A stretch of DNA of 64,000 nucleotides from Bacilli bacterium (GTDB lineage Bacteria > Bacillota_I > Bacilli_A > RF39 > UBA660). Both the position numbers and the translations under genes were made by a program. Positions 29,436 through 39,816 of the stretch are shown here, in pieces (position 1 is the stretch's first letter; each line of letters begins with the position of its first letter). Under the pieces are notes generated by a model, which worked only from the letters and a program-made list of their open reading frames with translations, made no database searches and was not told the origin of the DNA. The stretch lies in NCBI GenBank assembly GCA_900768815.1, contig CAAGEE010000018.1, positions 67,138 to 131,137 on the forward strand, given 5' to 3'.

Positions 29436-30302
29436 TTGGGTGTGAATATATTTATATGGTTATTTTATTTAATATTTGGATTTTTATTATTCTTACTTAT
29501 AGGGTATTTTAATAAAAAGTATAAGTTTACTAGAATACAAAGTTTAGTGTTTTCAATTTTCTTTGTATTAGTACTTGCTGGTATTTCTGGTAGATGTGGA
29601 TTCGATAAATTTAATGAAAATATATTTTTAGTATTAGTATTTAAATTTATTATAGAAATTTTTTATAATATATATTTTTTAGATGGGGATTATTTTAATA
29701 GAGAAGATAATAATGTTAAATGGGCAATTATAGAAATATTTATAATGTTTTATTTAGATCAAGAACTTATTATTAAAGTTAATGATATTTTCTTAGTTGG
29801 AGAAGATTTAAAAATAATAGTTTGGATATTTATGCTCTTTTATATTTATAACTTTTATAAGAATTGTACGGTTAATAAGAGAGTGTTTGTTACTGAAGAG
29901 AGGAAGATTTCCAAGGAAAATATTGTTGTTAGTTTTGCTAGATGTAAGATTATGTATGGAGAAGACGTAAAAGTAAAGAATGATAAAAATAAACTTATTG
30001 TTTATTCTATTATGATTCTTAATAATTATGAAAGACCTAGTGTATTAAGAAAAGTTGATAATACTATGTTTAAGATTAATGGATTACCTAGAAAGCTTGG
30101 AATTATGCAAGTTTTATCTAAGAAGTTTATTACTGATAGCGAAAGTATAGAGATAGTTTGTAAAAAAATAGATAAGTTATGTGAAAAGAATAAGAGTAGT
30201 AAAAAAGACAATTATAAAGATATATTTGTTAGTTACGATAAAAAGAGTAGTGACAAGTTAATTTATATATATGAAGAACTTAAGAAGTTTAGTGTTTTAT
30301 AA
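29436..30302 (+). CDS. hypothetical integral membrane protein
   Basis: TTG or GTG start after RBS agaggtga. At least four N-terminal TM helices then a soluble C-terminal region. Confidence 0.5.
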   Translation: MGVNIFIWLFYLIFGFLLFLLIGYFNKKYKFTRIQSLVFSIFFVLVLAGISGRCGFDKFNENIFLVLVFKFIIEIFYNIYFLDGDYFNREDNNVKWAIIEIFIMFYLDQELIIKVNDIFLVGEDLKIIVWIFMLFYIYNFYKNCTVNKRVFVTEERKISKENIVVSFARCKIMYGEDVKVKNDKNKLIVYSIMILNNYERPSVLRKVDNTMFKINGLPRKLGIMQVLSKKFITDSESIEIVCKKIDKLCEKNKSSKKDNYKDIFVSYDKKSSDKLIYIYEELKKFSVL

Positions 30303-30356
30303 TTCTTTTCAAAAACTATAAATTGTGGTATATTCTTACTATAAGGTAGGGATATT

Positions 30357-31190
30357 ATGAAGAAGAAAACTGTGTTGATTGTAAGTTTTTTAATATTTTC
30401 TTTTTTTTGTACGGGATGTATGGGAAATGTTACTAGGGGTATTAGACATGCTGGTTTTAATTTGTCTGGGAGTGAATTTACTTGTAATTTACTATTATCG
30501 GGAAAGAAGAATGAAAAGGCATATACTAAGTTAAAGTATGTTAGTTCTACTAAGGCTATTACTGCGGATGGGAAGGTTTATGAACTTTCGTTGGGACAAA
30601 AATTTTCTAATGAACAGAATTGTATGAAAACTGATAAGTTTAGTAAAAAAGTAGTTGCAATAATGGATGATAGTGTTATTAAAGCTGATGATGGTAATTT
30701 GTACTATTTAAATACTAATGGTAATACTATGGCTTATTCACAGGTTACTGTTAATGATAATGCCTATGGTGTTTATAGTGTTTTATTTAGTGATGACGAT
30801 GTAGTTAAGATAGTTACTGTAGATGGTAATTCTGGTATATATTTTGTATTAAAAAACGATGGTAATATTTATAAAATGATAGTTACTAGGGTTAGTTCAC
30901 AAATGCCTTATGTTTTGACAAGTAGTGAGATTATTTATAGTAAGGGTAGATATGGTAAAATAATTGATTTTAATTATGTAGGAGTAAATACTGGTACTTA
31001 TATTTGGTCTGAGAATTCAATCTATAGAATGAAAAAGGCTAATAGTGAAGAGTGTGGTAAATATGCTGATGTTAAGTGTGAATATGTAATGGAAGAAGAT
31101 GTTGATTTGATTAAGTATATTGACTATGTATTTGGTTTTAATGGACAGTTATTAATTAGTTCTTATGGTAAGGTATTTAATGTTGTATAG
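30357..31190 (+). CDS. lipoprotein (hypothetical)
   Basis: Signal peptide MKKKTVLIVSFLIFSFFCTGC with lipobox F-C-T-G-C. RBS aaggtaggg. Confidence 0.6.
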   Translation: MKKKTVLIVSFLIFSFFCTGCMGNVTRGIRHAGFNLSGSEFTCNLLLSGKKNEKAYTKLKYVSSTKAITADGKVYELSLGQKFSNEQNCMKTDKFSKKVVAIMDDSVIKADDGNLYYLNTNGNTMAYSQVTVNDNAYGVYSVLFSDDDVVKIVTVDGNSGIYFVLKNDGNIYKMIVTRVSSQMPYVLTSSEIIYSKGRYGKIIDFNYVGVNTGTYIWSENSIYRMKKANSEECGKYADVKCEYVMEEDVDLIKYIDYVFGFNGQLLISSYGKVFNVV

Positions 31191-31202
31191 AGGGATGATG
31201 TT

Positions 31203-32075
31203 ATGTTGTTGGCAGATAGATGGAAAGATTATGAATTAATAGATGCTTCTCGTGGAGAAAAGCTAGAAAGATGGGGCAATGTTTATTTGCTTAGACCGGA
31301 TCCACAGATTGTCTGGGATAATGGTGATTTACTTGAGAAGTATCATAATGATATTTGGGCAGTTTATTATAGAAGTAATAAAGGTGGAGGTCATTGGGAT
31401 AATTTAAAAAACACTCCAAGTAGTTGGAAGATTAAGTATGATGACTTATCTTTTAATATAAAACAGATGGGTTTTAAACATACTGGTTTATTTCCTGAAC
31501 AGGCAGTTAATTGGGATTTTATGATGAATAAAATTAAGAATTCTGGTAGGAAAATAAGGGTACTTAATTTGTTTGCTTATACAGGTGGAGCAACGGTTGC
31601 TTGTCTTGCTGCTGGAGCTAGCGTTACACATGTTGATTCTTCTAGAGGTATGGTAGATTGGTGTAAAGAAAATGTCAAGGCGTCAGGATTTGAAAATGCT
31701 GAGATTAGATATATTGTAGATGATGTTGTAAAGTTTGTGCAAAGAGAAATTAGAAGAGGAAACCGTTATGACGCTATTATAATGGATCCACCTAGTTATG
31801 GTCGTGGTGCAAATGGAGAAGTTTGGGATATTGAGAAAAACTTAAATTATTTAGTTAAGATATGTAGTGAAGTTCTTAGTGATGAACCATTATTCTTTTT
31901 GATTAATTCATATACAACTGGACTTTCTTCTATGGTTCTTTCTAATATTTTAAACTTGAATGTTAATAACAAGTATATTGGCAAGGTTAGTTGTGGTGAA
32001 GTTGGGTTACCTATTAAAAATAGCCAATTAGTTTTACCTTGTGGTATTTATGGAAGATGGGAAAACAATGACTAA
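31203..32075 (+). CDS. class I SAM-dependent methyltransferase (RlmI/YwbD C-terminal-domain-like)
   Basis: NLFAYTGGATVACLAAGA (motif I), IIMDPPSYGRG (DPPxY motif IV), and an N-terminal PUA-less region typical of short RlmI-like methyltransferases. Confidence 0.7.
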   Translation: MLLADRWKDYELIDASRGEKLERWGNVYLLRPDPQIVWDNGDLLEKYHNDIWAVYYRSNKGGGHWDNLKNTPSSWKIKYDDLSFNIKQMGFKHTGLFPEQAVNWDFMMNKIKNSGRKIRVLNLFAYTGGATVACLAAGASVTHVDSSRGMVDWCKENVKASGFENAEIRYIVDDVVKFVQREIRRGNRYDAIIMDPPSYGRGANGEVWDIEKNLNYLVKICSEVLSDEPLFFLINSYTTGLSSMVLSNILNLNVNNKYIGKVSCGEVGLPIKNSQLVLPCGIYGRWENND

Positions 32076-32727
32076 ACTTAATATTTTATATGAGGATAAT
32101 CATGTTATTGTAGTGGAAAAACCTGCTAATGTACTTAGTCAGGGTGATGCGACTGGAGATAAGGACTTACTTACGATGGTTAAAGAATATGTAAAAGTTA
32201 AATATAATAAACCGGGAAATGTTTATATTGGACTTGTTCATAGACTTGATAGACCTGTTGGTGGAGTTATGGTTTTTGCAAGAAGTTCTAAAGCTGCTAG
32301 TAGACTTAATAAAGAACAGTTAGAACATGGCTTTTGTAAAAAGTATATGGCCGTTGTTAATGGATGTTTTGATAGAAAAAGAGGTAGATTTATTGATAAA
32401 CTTAAGAAATTAAGTGATGGGAATACAATAGTGTCAAGTGATGGTAAAGAAGCAATTTTGGATTATGAAGTTGTCAGTGAAAATAAAAGTACTAATCATA
32501 GTTTAGTTAAAATTCAATTGGTTACGGGAAGACATCATCAAATACGAGTACAGTTTGCTAGCAGGGGACATGCTTTATGTGGGGATCAACGTTATGGTAA
32601 ATTAGATAAGACACAATTGGCTTTATTTGCTTATGAACTAACTTTTACACATCCGATAAGTAAAGAAAAAATGACGTTTACACTTGAATTGCCTAAAAAA
32701 TCTTACTGGACAGAATTTACAATGTAA
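32041..32727 (+). CDS. RluA-family pseudouridine synthase
   Basis: VVEKPANVLSQG, GLVHRLDRPVGGVMVFARS (catalytic HRLD), and a C-terminal GxHxxRVQFASRGHALxGD. The true start is probably ATG 32068 (MTKLNIL). Confidence 0.75.
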   Translation: MVFMEDGKTMTKLNILYEDNHVIVVEKPANVLSQGDATGDKDLLTMVKEYVKVKYNKPGNVYIGLVHRLDRPVGGVMVFARSSKAASRLNKEQLEHGFCKKYMAVVNGCFDRKRGRFIDKLKKLSDGNTIVSSDGKEAILDYEVVSENKSTNHSLVKIQLVTGRHHQIRVQFASRGHALCGDQRYGKLDKTQLALFAYELTFTHPISKEKMTFTLELPKKSYWTEFTM

Positions 32728-32745
32728 AGATAGTGTATAGATGAT

Positions 32746-32773
32746 AAAAAGTTTGCATTTGCAAATTTTTTTT
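32746..32773 (+). terminator. rho-independent terminator
   Basis: Hairpin agtttgcatttgcaaatt followed by T8. Confidence 0.65.
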
Positions 32774-32815
32774 GTTATTATATTTATAGATTAGAATAAA
32801 GGGAGTTAGATACTT

Positions 32816-33787
32816 ATGAATAATTTTGATTTAAATTGGTTTACATCAGTTCCTGGGATGTTGATTTCCTGTGGAGTGTTACTTTTAATTGTTGCTTTAA
32901 TAGTGTTTATTGTTTCTTCGGCAAAGGGAAAGAAAGAAAAAAATCCGTTGAAAGAAGAAAATGTAGCTGCTGCTGCACCAGCACCTGCTGTTCCTCCAGC
33001 TACACCTGATGTTTCTGCTACTGCTCCTGTTGTGGGAGATGTTAGTAATGCTGCACCAGTAGTTGAGCCTGTTGCTCCAGTAGTTGAACCTGCTGCTCCA
33101 GTAGTTGAACCTGTTGCTCCAGTAGTTGAACCTGTTGCTCCAGTAGTTGAACCTGCTACACCAGTAGTTGAGCCTGTTGCTCCAGTAGTTGAGCCTGTTG
33201 CTCCAGTAGTTGAACCTGTTGCACCAGTAGTTGAACCTGCTGCTCCAGTAGTTGAACCTGTTGCACCAGTAGTTGAACCTGCTGCTCCAGTAGTTGAACC
33301 TGCTGCACCAGTAGTTGAACCTGTTGCTCCAGTAGTTGAGCCTGTTGCTCCAGTAGTTGAGCCTGTTGCTCCAGTAGTTGAGCCTGTTGCTCCAGTAGTT
33401 GAACCTGTTGCTCCAGTAGTTGAACCAGCCATGCCAGTAGTTGAGCCTGCTACACCAGTAGTTGAACCTGCTATGCCAGTAGTTGAACCAGCTATGCCAG
33501 TAGTTGAACAAGCAACTCCTGTAGTCGAGACAGCACCAGTAGTTGAACAATTAGTTACTCCTACAGTTCAAGCCGCACCACAACCAGTAATCTATGGTGG
33601 AGCTAGTCCTGTTGTTCAAGATTTAAATTTTCAACAGAATTCAACTCATCAAATATATGGAGGCGCTAATCCATTGGAAAATACTCAATCTATTCCAATA
33701 ATGGAAACTCAAGCATCTCAACCAGTTGTTACTGCTCCTCAACAAGATGTTCCAGTTATGCAACCAGTAACACAACAAATACAATAA
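32816..33787 (+). CDS. membrane-anchored Pro/Val/Glu-rich repeat protein ((PVVEPxA)n)
   Basis: RBS agggag. N-terminal TM ([19 protein letters not shown]). About 22 tandem 7-aa repeats. Q-rich C-terminus. Third-codon-position variation among repeat copies is consistent with selection on the + frame. Confidence 0.7.
   Translation: MNNFDLNWFTSVPGMLISCGVLLLIVALIVFIVSSAKGKKEKNPLKEENVAAAAPAPAVPPATPDVSATAPVVGDVSNAAPVVEPVAPVVEPAAPVVEPVAPVVEPVAPVVEPATPVVEPVAPVVEPVAPVVEPVAPVVEPAAPVVEPVAPVVEPAAPVVEPAAPVVEPVAPVVEPVAPVVEPVAPVVEPVAPVVEPVAPVVEPAMPVVEPATPVVEPAMPVVEPAMPVVEQATPVVETAPVVEQLVTPTVQAAPQPVIYGGASPVVQDLNFQQNSTHQIYGGANPLENTQSIPIMETQASQPVVTAPQQDVPVMQPVTQQIQ
33055..33552 (+). repeat. 21-bp tandem repeat array (ccagtagttgaacctgttgct), about 22 copies
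   Basis: Direct reading of the sequence. Repeat units differ at synonymous or conservative positions (gaa/gag, gct/gca, gtt/gct/atg). Confidence 0.9.
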
Positions 33788-33804
33788 TAAATTAAAAGTA
33801 TTTA

Positions 33805-33838
33805 AGCACATCGATAAATATTGCTTCGATGTGTTTTC
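33805..33838 (+). terminator. rho-independent terminator
   Basis: Stem cacatcga...tcgatgtg followed by tttt. Confidence 0.6.
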
Positions 33839-33891
33839 TTATACAATTTTGTTTGTTATAATGTATATAGTAATAGTGTTGGGTGATTATA

Positions 33892-34521
33892 ATGAATGAT
33901 GAGAAAAAAATAGAACAACAAAAAAAGGATACTCTTTTGGAAATTAATAGACTTAATAGAATTATTAGAAGTAAGAGATTAGAAAAAGTTCTTCTTGTTG
34001 TTATTATTTTAATTGCTGTGAAACTAATTTTTGGTACTATCAATATTTATAATATATTTGGTTATCCTAGCAATAAAGCAAGGTTTTATAAAGTTACAAT
34101 TAATGATACTTTGGTTACTGTTTCTTATTCTTCAAATCACCAAATTCCAATAGTTCCTTTTTTTATCAATTTTAATAGTTCCTATATTGGTAGTAGTTCT
34201 ATTGAGGGTGATAATGATCCTATTGTAAGTGATGATGGTTCTCTTAAATATATAATTAATATAGCTTCGTATAGTTGCTATTTAGGAGAACGTCAAGTTG
34301 AATGTAAAAATGATACACAAGATATGAAAATTAATGATGATACTAAGTATTCTAATTTGAAAATTAGTCGTTTGACTAAACCATTTATTACTTCTTATGA
34401 TGGTAAATTTATAAATGATATTACCCCATACTTAAAAGATAAAGGTAGATATTATGTTGAGATAACAGCTAAACATGGTTTAGTTACATCAAAGATATAT
34501 TTTGACTTTGATAAAAAATGA
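33892..34521 (+). CDS. hypothetical membrane-anchored protein
   Basis: Basic N-terminus, a single TM (VLLVVIILIAVKLIF), then an extracytoplasmic domain. RBS ggtgattataatg. Confidence 0.5.
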   Translation: MNDEKKIEQQKKDTLLEINRLNRIIRSKRLEKVLLVVIILIAVKLIFGTINIYNIFGYPSNKARFYKVTINDTLVTVSYSSNHQIPIVPFFINFNSSYIGSSSIEGDNDPIVSDDGSLKYIINIASYSCYLGERQVECKNDTQDMKINDDTKYSNLKISRLTKPFITSYDGKFINDITPYLKDKGRYYVEITAKHGLVTSKIYFDFDKK

Positions 34522-34676
34522 TTTATGTATTTGGTTGTTAAAACTTATTAGTAATAATATAATTGTAATTAGTACAAGAGGCTAGTACAGATTTTGTATG
34601 TATTGTTTAAGTCTGTGAGGTGATAAAGTAGGGTATATATGTGTTTTGATGTAAAAAATAATTTTAAAGGAGAAAT

Positions 34677-35573
34677 ATGAAGAAAGTTTTTATGATACTT
34701 TTGCCGGTAATATTTTTATTACCCACAGGGGTTTGTGCACAAGAAATACCATATTATACTAATAGTTATGGAGTTAATTTAACTCAAGAACAGTACAATA
34801 AATTGTTAAGTGTATTTAGCGAAGAATCTATTTATACAATGACACCTGAAACTTTGGAAATTGTTAAAAATGCTGAATATTTTACAAAAACAGAATCTGA
34901 AAAATATATTAGAGTAGATAGTTATTATGATGTTTATGGCAATATTGTTAAACAGACAGAAACTGAAATAACAAAATCTGAGGCATTAGATAATAATGAT
35001 GGAAAAATTACACCTTATAGCTGGAATATTACACATCAAACTAATATGAAAAAATTATATATGCAAGTAATTTCACCCGCTTATATGTCTCATAAAGTTG
35101 TAACCTTAACAAATACGTGGCTATCAATTCCTGTTACCAAATCTTTTGATGTTATTGCTGTAAGACCGGAAACTCATTCTTTGGTAGTAACTATATTACC
35201 TGCAACAATTAGTGGTTATCAAAAATGGGATGGCAATATCATTAATTATAATGTTAATAGCAATAATACTAAACGTTCTGCCTCTTTTACTGGAAATGGT
35301 GGAGTAGGAATATCAATGAATATTGTTGATGACGTTAAAAGCACTTTAGAAAATTCATTGACGGTTACATTTGTTTCCGAGGCTGATCCATTTAAAATAT
35401 GGGGAACGTATCAACATGCTCAATCTGATGTTACATTAGCACAATCTCAAAATTACTCTTTTGGTTCTTCTGGCTTAGGAAATGTGTTGAATTTTAATAG
35501 TTCTATTAAGTCTAAATATGATGGTATGCAGGGTGTATATTTAGATTACTATTTTGGAGAGCATCTTGGTTAA
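34677..35573 (+). CDS. secreted hypothetical protein
   Basis: Classical signal peptide MKKVFMILLPVIFLLPTGVCAQE. RBS aaggagaaat. Confidence 0.55.
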   Translation: MKKVFMILLPVIFLLPTGVCAQEIPYYTNSYGVNLTQEQYNKLLSVFSEESIYTMTPETLEIVKNAEYFTKTESEKYIRVDSYYDVYGNIVKQTETEITKSEALDNNDGKITPYSWNITHQTNMKKLYMQVISPAYMSHKVVTLTNTWLSIPVTKSFDVIAVRPETHSLVVTILPATISGYQKWDGNIINYNVNSNNTKRSASFTGNGGVGISMNIVDDVKSTLENSLTVTFVSEADPFKIWGTYQHAQSDVTLAQSQNYSFGSSGLGNVLNFNSSIKSKYDGMQGVYLDYYFGEHLG

Positions 35574-35713
35574 ATTTAATTTGTTTTATAGTTTTTAATA
35601 TGGTTTTTATTATTAAACATAGGTTATTCTATGTTTTTTTCTTTTGTTATTTTTTTCTATACATTAATTTACTTGGTAATAATATACGTGATATAATGGT
35701 TTTAGGTGGTTAT

Positions 35714-36850
35714 ATGAAGAAAATTTCAATATTAGCTTTACATCTTGGATATGGTGGAATTGAAAAGTCAATTGCTGCTTTAGCAAACTTGTTATGTGAT
35801 AAATATAAAGTTGAAATTGCTTGTACTTATAAACTATATGATAAGCCAGTCTTTGATCTTGATGAACGTGTTAAAGTTATTTATTTAATGGAAGAAGATA
35901 AGCCTAATAAAGCTGAATTTAAGAGTGCTTTGAAAAAGAAAAAGTTTATTACAGCTTTTAAAGAGGGGATTAGGAGTATTGAAATACTTAGAATGAGAAG
36001 AAAGACGATGATTAATTATATTAAAAATAGCAAATCTAAGGTTATTATTTCAACTCGTGATATATTTAATACTTGGTTAGGTGATTATGCAAATAGTGGA
36101 GTTTTAAAAATTGGTTGGGAACACAATCATTATCATGATGATTATCGTTATGCTAGAAATGTTATTAGGTCAGCTTATTATTTAGATTATTTTGTTTTGG
36201 TTTCTGAACCTTTAAGAAGGTTTTACAGTGAACGTTTAAGTAATTCTAATTGTAAATGTGTATTCATTCCTAATATTATTGATAAAATACCTAGACATGT
36301 TTCGACACTTGAAGAAAAAAGAATTATTTCTGTAGGTAGACTTTCTCCTGAAAAGGGTTATATTGATTTATTAAAAGTTTTTTCTGTTATAGCAAATAAA
36401 TATAGTAAATGGCATTTAGATATTATTGGTGATGGTATTGAAAAGGAAAGATTAGAAAAGTTTATTAGTAATCATAATTTGGAAGATAGAGTTACTTTAC
36501 ATGGTTTTCAAAAGAAAGATTATATTGATAATATGTTACATGAGTCTTCTATTTATGTAATGACCTCTTTTACAGAATCTTTTGGTATAGTTCTTTTGGA
36601 GGCTATGTCTCATGGACTTCCTTGTATTGCATTTGATTCTGCAGAGGGACCAAGAGATCTTATTAATAGTGGAATGAATGGTTACTTAATTAAAAATAGA
36701 AGTTATGCAGCAATGATTAAGAAGATTGAAGATTTAATGAATGATAAAGATGTAAGAAAAAAAATTGGGATGGCTGGTAGAAAGAGTATAAAGAAATATA
36801 CTAGTGAAATTGTTGGTGAACAATGGTATAATTTAATTGAAAAGAAGTGA
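35714..36850 (+). CDS. glycosyltransferase family 4
   Basis: ILALHLGYGGIEKS N-terminal motif. C-terminal EAMSHGLPCIAFDSAEGPRDLINSGMNGYLI is the GT4 E-x7-E region. RBS ggtggt before ATG 35714. The 35600 start in the ORF track is unlikely. Confidence 0.8.
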   Translation: MKKISILALHLGYGGIEKSIAALANLLCDKYKVEIACTYKLYDKPVFDLDERVKVIYLMEEDKPNKAEFKSALKKKKFITAFKEGIRSIEILRMRRKTMINYIKNSKSKVIISTRDIFNTWLGDYANSGVLKIGWEHNHYHDDYRYARNVIRSAYYLDYFVLVSEPLRRFYSERLSNSNCKCVFIPNIIDKIPRHVSTLEEKRIISVGRLSPEKGYIDLLKVFSVIANKYSKWHLDIIGDGIEKERLEKFISNHNLEDRVTLHGFQKKDYIDNMLHESSIYVMTSFTESFGIVLLEAMSHGLPCIAFDSAEGPRDLINSGMNGYLIKNRSYAAMIKKIEDLMNDKDVRKKIGMAGRKSIKKYTSEIVGEQWYNLIEKK

Positions 36851-36856
36851 TAGTAT

Positions 36857-37330
36857 ATGAAAAAAAATGTTATGTTTATATCTTCTACTGGTGGTCATCT
36901 TAATGAAATGATGCAGTTAAAAGAATTATTTAGGAAGTATGATTATTATATAGTTACAGAGAAGACTAAGTCTAATTTGCATTTAAAAAATAAATATAAA
37001 AATAAAGTAAGTTTTTTAATTTTCGGTACTAAAGATCATCCGTTTACATATCCTTTTAAGTTACTTGCTAATTGTTTTAAGAGTTTATATATTTATTTAA
37101 AAGTACATCCAGATTATATAATTACAACTGGTGCTCATACGGCAGGACCAATGTGTTGTATAGGCAAAATTTTTGGTAGTAAAATAATTTATATAGAAAG
37201 TTTTGCTAATATTAGTACAAAGACAATTACTGGGAAATTACTTTATCCAATAGCCGATAAATTTATAGTACAATGGGATAGTATGAAAAAGCTTTATCCA
37301 GATAGTGTTGTTGGGGGGTGGATTTTCTAA
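36857..37330 (+). CDS. Alg14-like oligosaccharide biosynthesis protein (glycosyltransferase membrane/accessory subunit)
   Basis: MFISSTGGHLNEMMQL matches the Alg14/EpsE-like GGH motif. It is paired with the Alg13-like gene immediately downstream, as in cps/eps loci. Confidence 0.65.
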   Translation: MKKNVMFISSTGGHLNEMMQLKELFRKYDYYIVTEKTKSNLHLKNKYKNKVSFLIFGTKDHPFTYPFKLLANCFKSLYIYLKVHPDYIITTGAHTAGPMCCIGKIFGSKIIYIESFANISTKTITGKLLYPIADKFIVQWDSMKKLYPDSVVGGWIF

Positions 37331-38214
37331 TGATATTAGTTACATTAGGAACTCAAGATAAAGGTTTTCCAAGATTACTTAAACAAATAGATGAAGAGAT
37401 TAAAAAAGGTAATATAAAAGAAAAAGTTGTTGTTCAAGCAGGATGTACTAACTATGAATCAGATAATATGGAAATATTTGATTTAATACCTAGTGATGAG
37501 TTTGATGATTTAGTGGCACGAGCAGGTTTAATAATTACACATGGTGGTGCTGGTTCAATATTAACTGCTATAAAGAAAAATAAAAAAGTAATAGCAGCAG
37601 CTAGATTAAAAAAATATAAGGAACATACTAACGATCATCAAATACAGATAGTAAAAGAGTTTGCTAAAGATGGATATATTTTGGAACTTAGAGACTTTAG
37701 TAAACTTGGTAAATTAATTGCTAAAAGTAAGACATTTAAACCTAAGAAATTTGTTAGTAATACTCCTAATATGGTAAAGTTAATTGAAGATTATATAGAA
37801 GAGAGTAATCATGTATCTTGGTATAATAGGACAAAAGAAATTTTGTGGTATGGTTTCTTTGGTGTTTTAACAACATTAGTTAATATAATTAGTTTTAGTT
37901 TATTAGATAAAGTGGGAGTTGAAGTTTATTTAGCTAACTTTATAGCTTGGGTTTTATCTGTACTATTTGCCTTTATTACTAACAAATTATTTGTGTTTGA
38001 CTCTAAGAGTTTTAGTCCAAAAGTTTTGTTTAAAGAAATGTTTTCCTTTTTCTTTGCTAGGGTAGTTTCTTTAGGAATAGATATGGGTGGTATGTATTTA
38101 CTACTTGATGTTCTCAGAGTCCAAAAGTTGTTGTCTAAAATAATTGTTAATGTTATTGTAATTGTTGCTAATTATGTATTTAGTAAATTGTTTGTATTTA
38201 AAAAAGAAAAGTAG
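37318..38214 (+). CDS. Alg13-like glycosyltransferase domain fused to a GtrA-family membrane domain
   Basis: N-terminal LVTLGTQDKGF and IITHGGAGSIL (Alg13/MurG C-terminal-domain-like). The C-terminal half has four TM helices with GtrA-like sequence (WYGFFGVLTTLVNIISFSLL...FIAWVLSVLFAFITNKLFVF). Confidence 0.65.
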   Translation: MDFLMILVTLGTQDKGFPRLLKQIDEEIKKGNIKEKVVVQAGCTNYESDNMEIFDLIPSDEFDDLVARAGLIITHGGAGSILTAIKKNKKVIAAARLKKYKEHTNDHQIQIVKEFAKDGYILELRDFSKLGKLIAKSKTFKPKKFVSNTPNMVKLIEDYIEESNHVSWYNRTKEILWYGFFGVLTTLVNIISFSLLDKVGVEVYLANFIAWVLSVLFAFITNKLFVFDSKSFSPKVLFKEMFSFFFARVVSLGIDMGGMYLLLDVLRVQKLLSKIIVNVIVIVANYVFSKLFVFKKEK

Positions 38215-38225
38215 GAGATTTGGTT

Positions 38226-39173
38226 ATGTCAAAAGAAAAAATTTCAATTATTGTACCTTGCTATAATGAGGAAGAGTCGTTACCAATATTTTATAAAGAG
38301 ATAGATAAAATATCTAGTCAGATGAAAAGTGTTGACTTTGAGTTTCTATTTATAAATGATGGTAGTCGTGATAAAACTCTTAGTATTTTAAGAAATATGG
38401 CTAAGAAAGATAAGAGAGTTAGATATATTTCTTTTTCAAGAAATTTTGGTAAAGAAGCTGGTATGTGGGCAGGACTTGAAAATGCTAATGGAGACTATGT
38501 AGCAATAATGGATGCTGATATGCAAGATCCTCCTAGTAAAGTAAAAGAAATGTATGATATTTTAAGTAAAGATAAAGAGTATGATTGTGTTGGTTTATAT
38601 ACAGTAGATCATAAAGATTATTCATTTTTTAGAAGAATTTGTACAAATATTTGGTATAAGTTAATTTCTAAAATATCTGATAATAGACAGGTTCCTGGAG
38701 TTAGAGATTTTAGATTGATGCGTAGACAGATGGTTGATGCAATACTTGAAATGAAAGAATATAACAGATATACTAAGGGTATATTTAGTTTCGTTGGTTT
38801 TAATACTAAATGGTTAGAGTTTAAAACTGGTGATAGAGTTGCTGGAAATAGTAAATTTAACTTTTGGAAGTTATTTAAGTATGCATTAGAAGGAATTGTA
38901 TCATTTTCAACTGCTCCTTTGGTAATATCAGCAATAATTGGAGTTATATTTTGTTTTATAGCATTTATTGCAATACTAGTAATTATAATTAAAACACTTG
39001 CATTTGGAGATCCAGTATCTGGATGGCCTTCACTTGCGTGTATAGTTATTTTTGTATCAGGTGTACAATTGTTTTTCTTAGGTGTTATAGGAATGTATTT
39101 ATCTAAGACATATTTGGAAGTTAAGAATAGACCTATATATATAGTAAAAGAAACAGAGAAAGATGTACTGTAA
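38226..39173 (+). CDS. GT2 glycosyltransferase, GtrB/DPM1-like (polyprenyl-phosphate sugar transferase)
   Basis: ISIIVPCYNEEESL, FINDGSRD and AIMDADMQDPP (DxD). Two C-terminal TM helices. RBS aggagatttgg. Confidence 0.8.
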   Translation: MSKEKISIIVPCYNEEESLPIFYKEIDKISSQMKSVDFEFLFINDGSRDKTLSILRNMAKKDKRVRYISFSRNFGKEAGMWAGLENANGDYVAIMDADMQDPPSKVKEMYDILSKDKEYDCVGLYTVDHKDYSFFRRICTNIWYKLISKISDNRQVPGVRDFRLMRRQMVDAILEMKEYNRYTKGIFSFVGFNTKWLEFKTGDRVAGNSKFNFWKLFKYALEGIVSFSTAPLVISAIIGVIFCFIAFIAILVIIIKTLAFGDPVSGWPSLACIVIFVSGVQLFFLGVIGMYLSKTYLEVKNRPIYIVKETEKDVL

Positions 39174-39247
39174 AGTAGAAATATCATTTGAATTAAATAT
39201 ATACAATTTATAAAAAATTTGTTATATTTTATAAGTAGGTGATTTTT

Positions 39248-39814
39248 GTGAAGAAGAAAACATTAAAAATTGTAGCAATTGTTGTAGGTGTTTTATTATT
39301 ATTTATTGCAGGGATTGCTTTATTTATTTTAAGTATAAAGAAAGATCAGAAAGCTACAGTTGAAAGAGTTCAAGATGTTATTAATGTATATAGTGAATTC
39401 AGTGATTCGGTAGATAAATTTAATGATATTAGAAATGAGTTATATTCTAATACATTGGATAATGTTTATATAACTAATATTGGGGAAATGGATTCTGCAA
39501 TACAAGTATCATTTAAAAAATATGAAGATATAGTTGATGAAGTTAATAAAGTTACTGATAAATTAAGCAAATTATGTGGTAATATATATTTTACAGATTC
39601 AAGAGCTCGTACTAAGTGTGAGAGTTATGCTAGTGTTTATGAACAAATAGTTAATGCATTTGTATCAGATGTTAAATCTTATAATAAAAATATTGATGAA
39701 TATAATGTGTATCAAAAGGGATTAAATACTAATGTTAGTTTAAAGCATTATGAAACAACTAAGAAGTTTATTGATTATAATAATGATAAAAAATATGAAG
39801 GTAAGGAAGAGTAG
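39248..39814 (+). CDS. hypothetical membrane-anchored protein
   Basis: GTG start 6 nt after aggtga. A single N-terminal TM. Confidence 0.45.
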   Translation: MKKKTLKIVAIVVGVLLLFIAGIALFILSIKKDQKATVERVQDVINVYSEFSDSVDKFNDIRNELYSNTLDNVYITNIGEMDSAIQVSFKKYEDIVDEVNKVTDKLSKLCGNIYFTDSRARTKCESYASVYEQIVNAFVSDVKSYNKNIDEYNVYQKGLNTNVSLKHYETTKKFIDYNNDKKYEGKEE

Positions 39815-39816
39815 TT

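Noticed and set aside
32806-33550. Two minus-strand ORFs of 208 and 217 aa across the 21-bp repeat array.
   Set aside because: Any long perfect 21-bp repeat is open in several frames. The + strand ORF has an RBS, a TM start and a terminator. The minus translations (TGSTTGA..., FNYWSNR...) are repeat artefacts.
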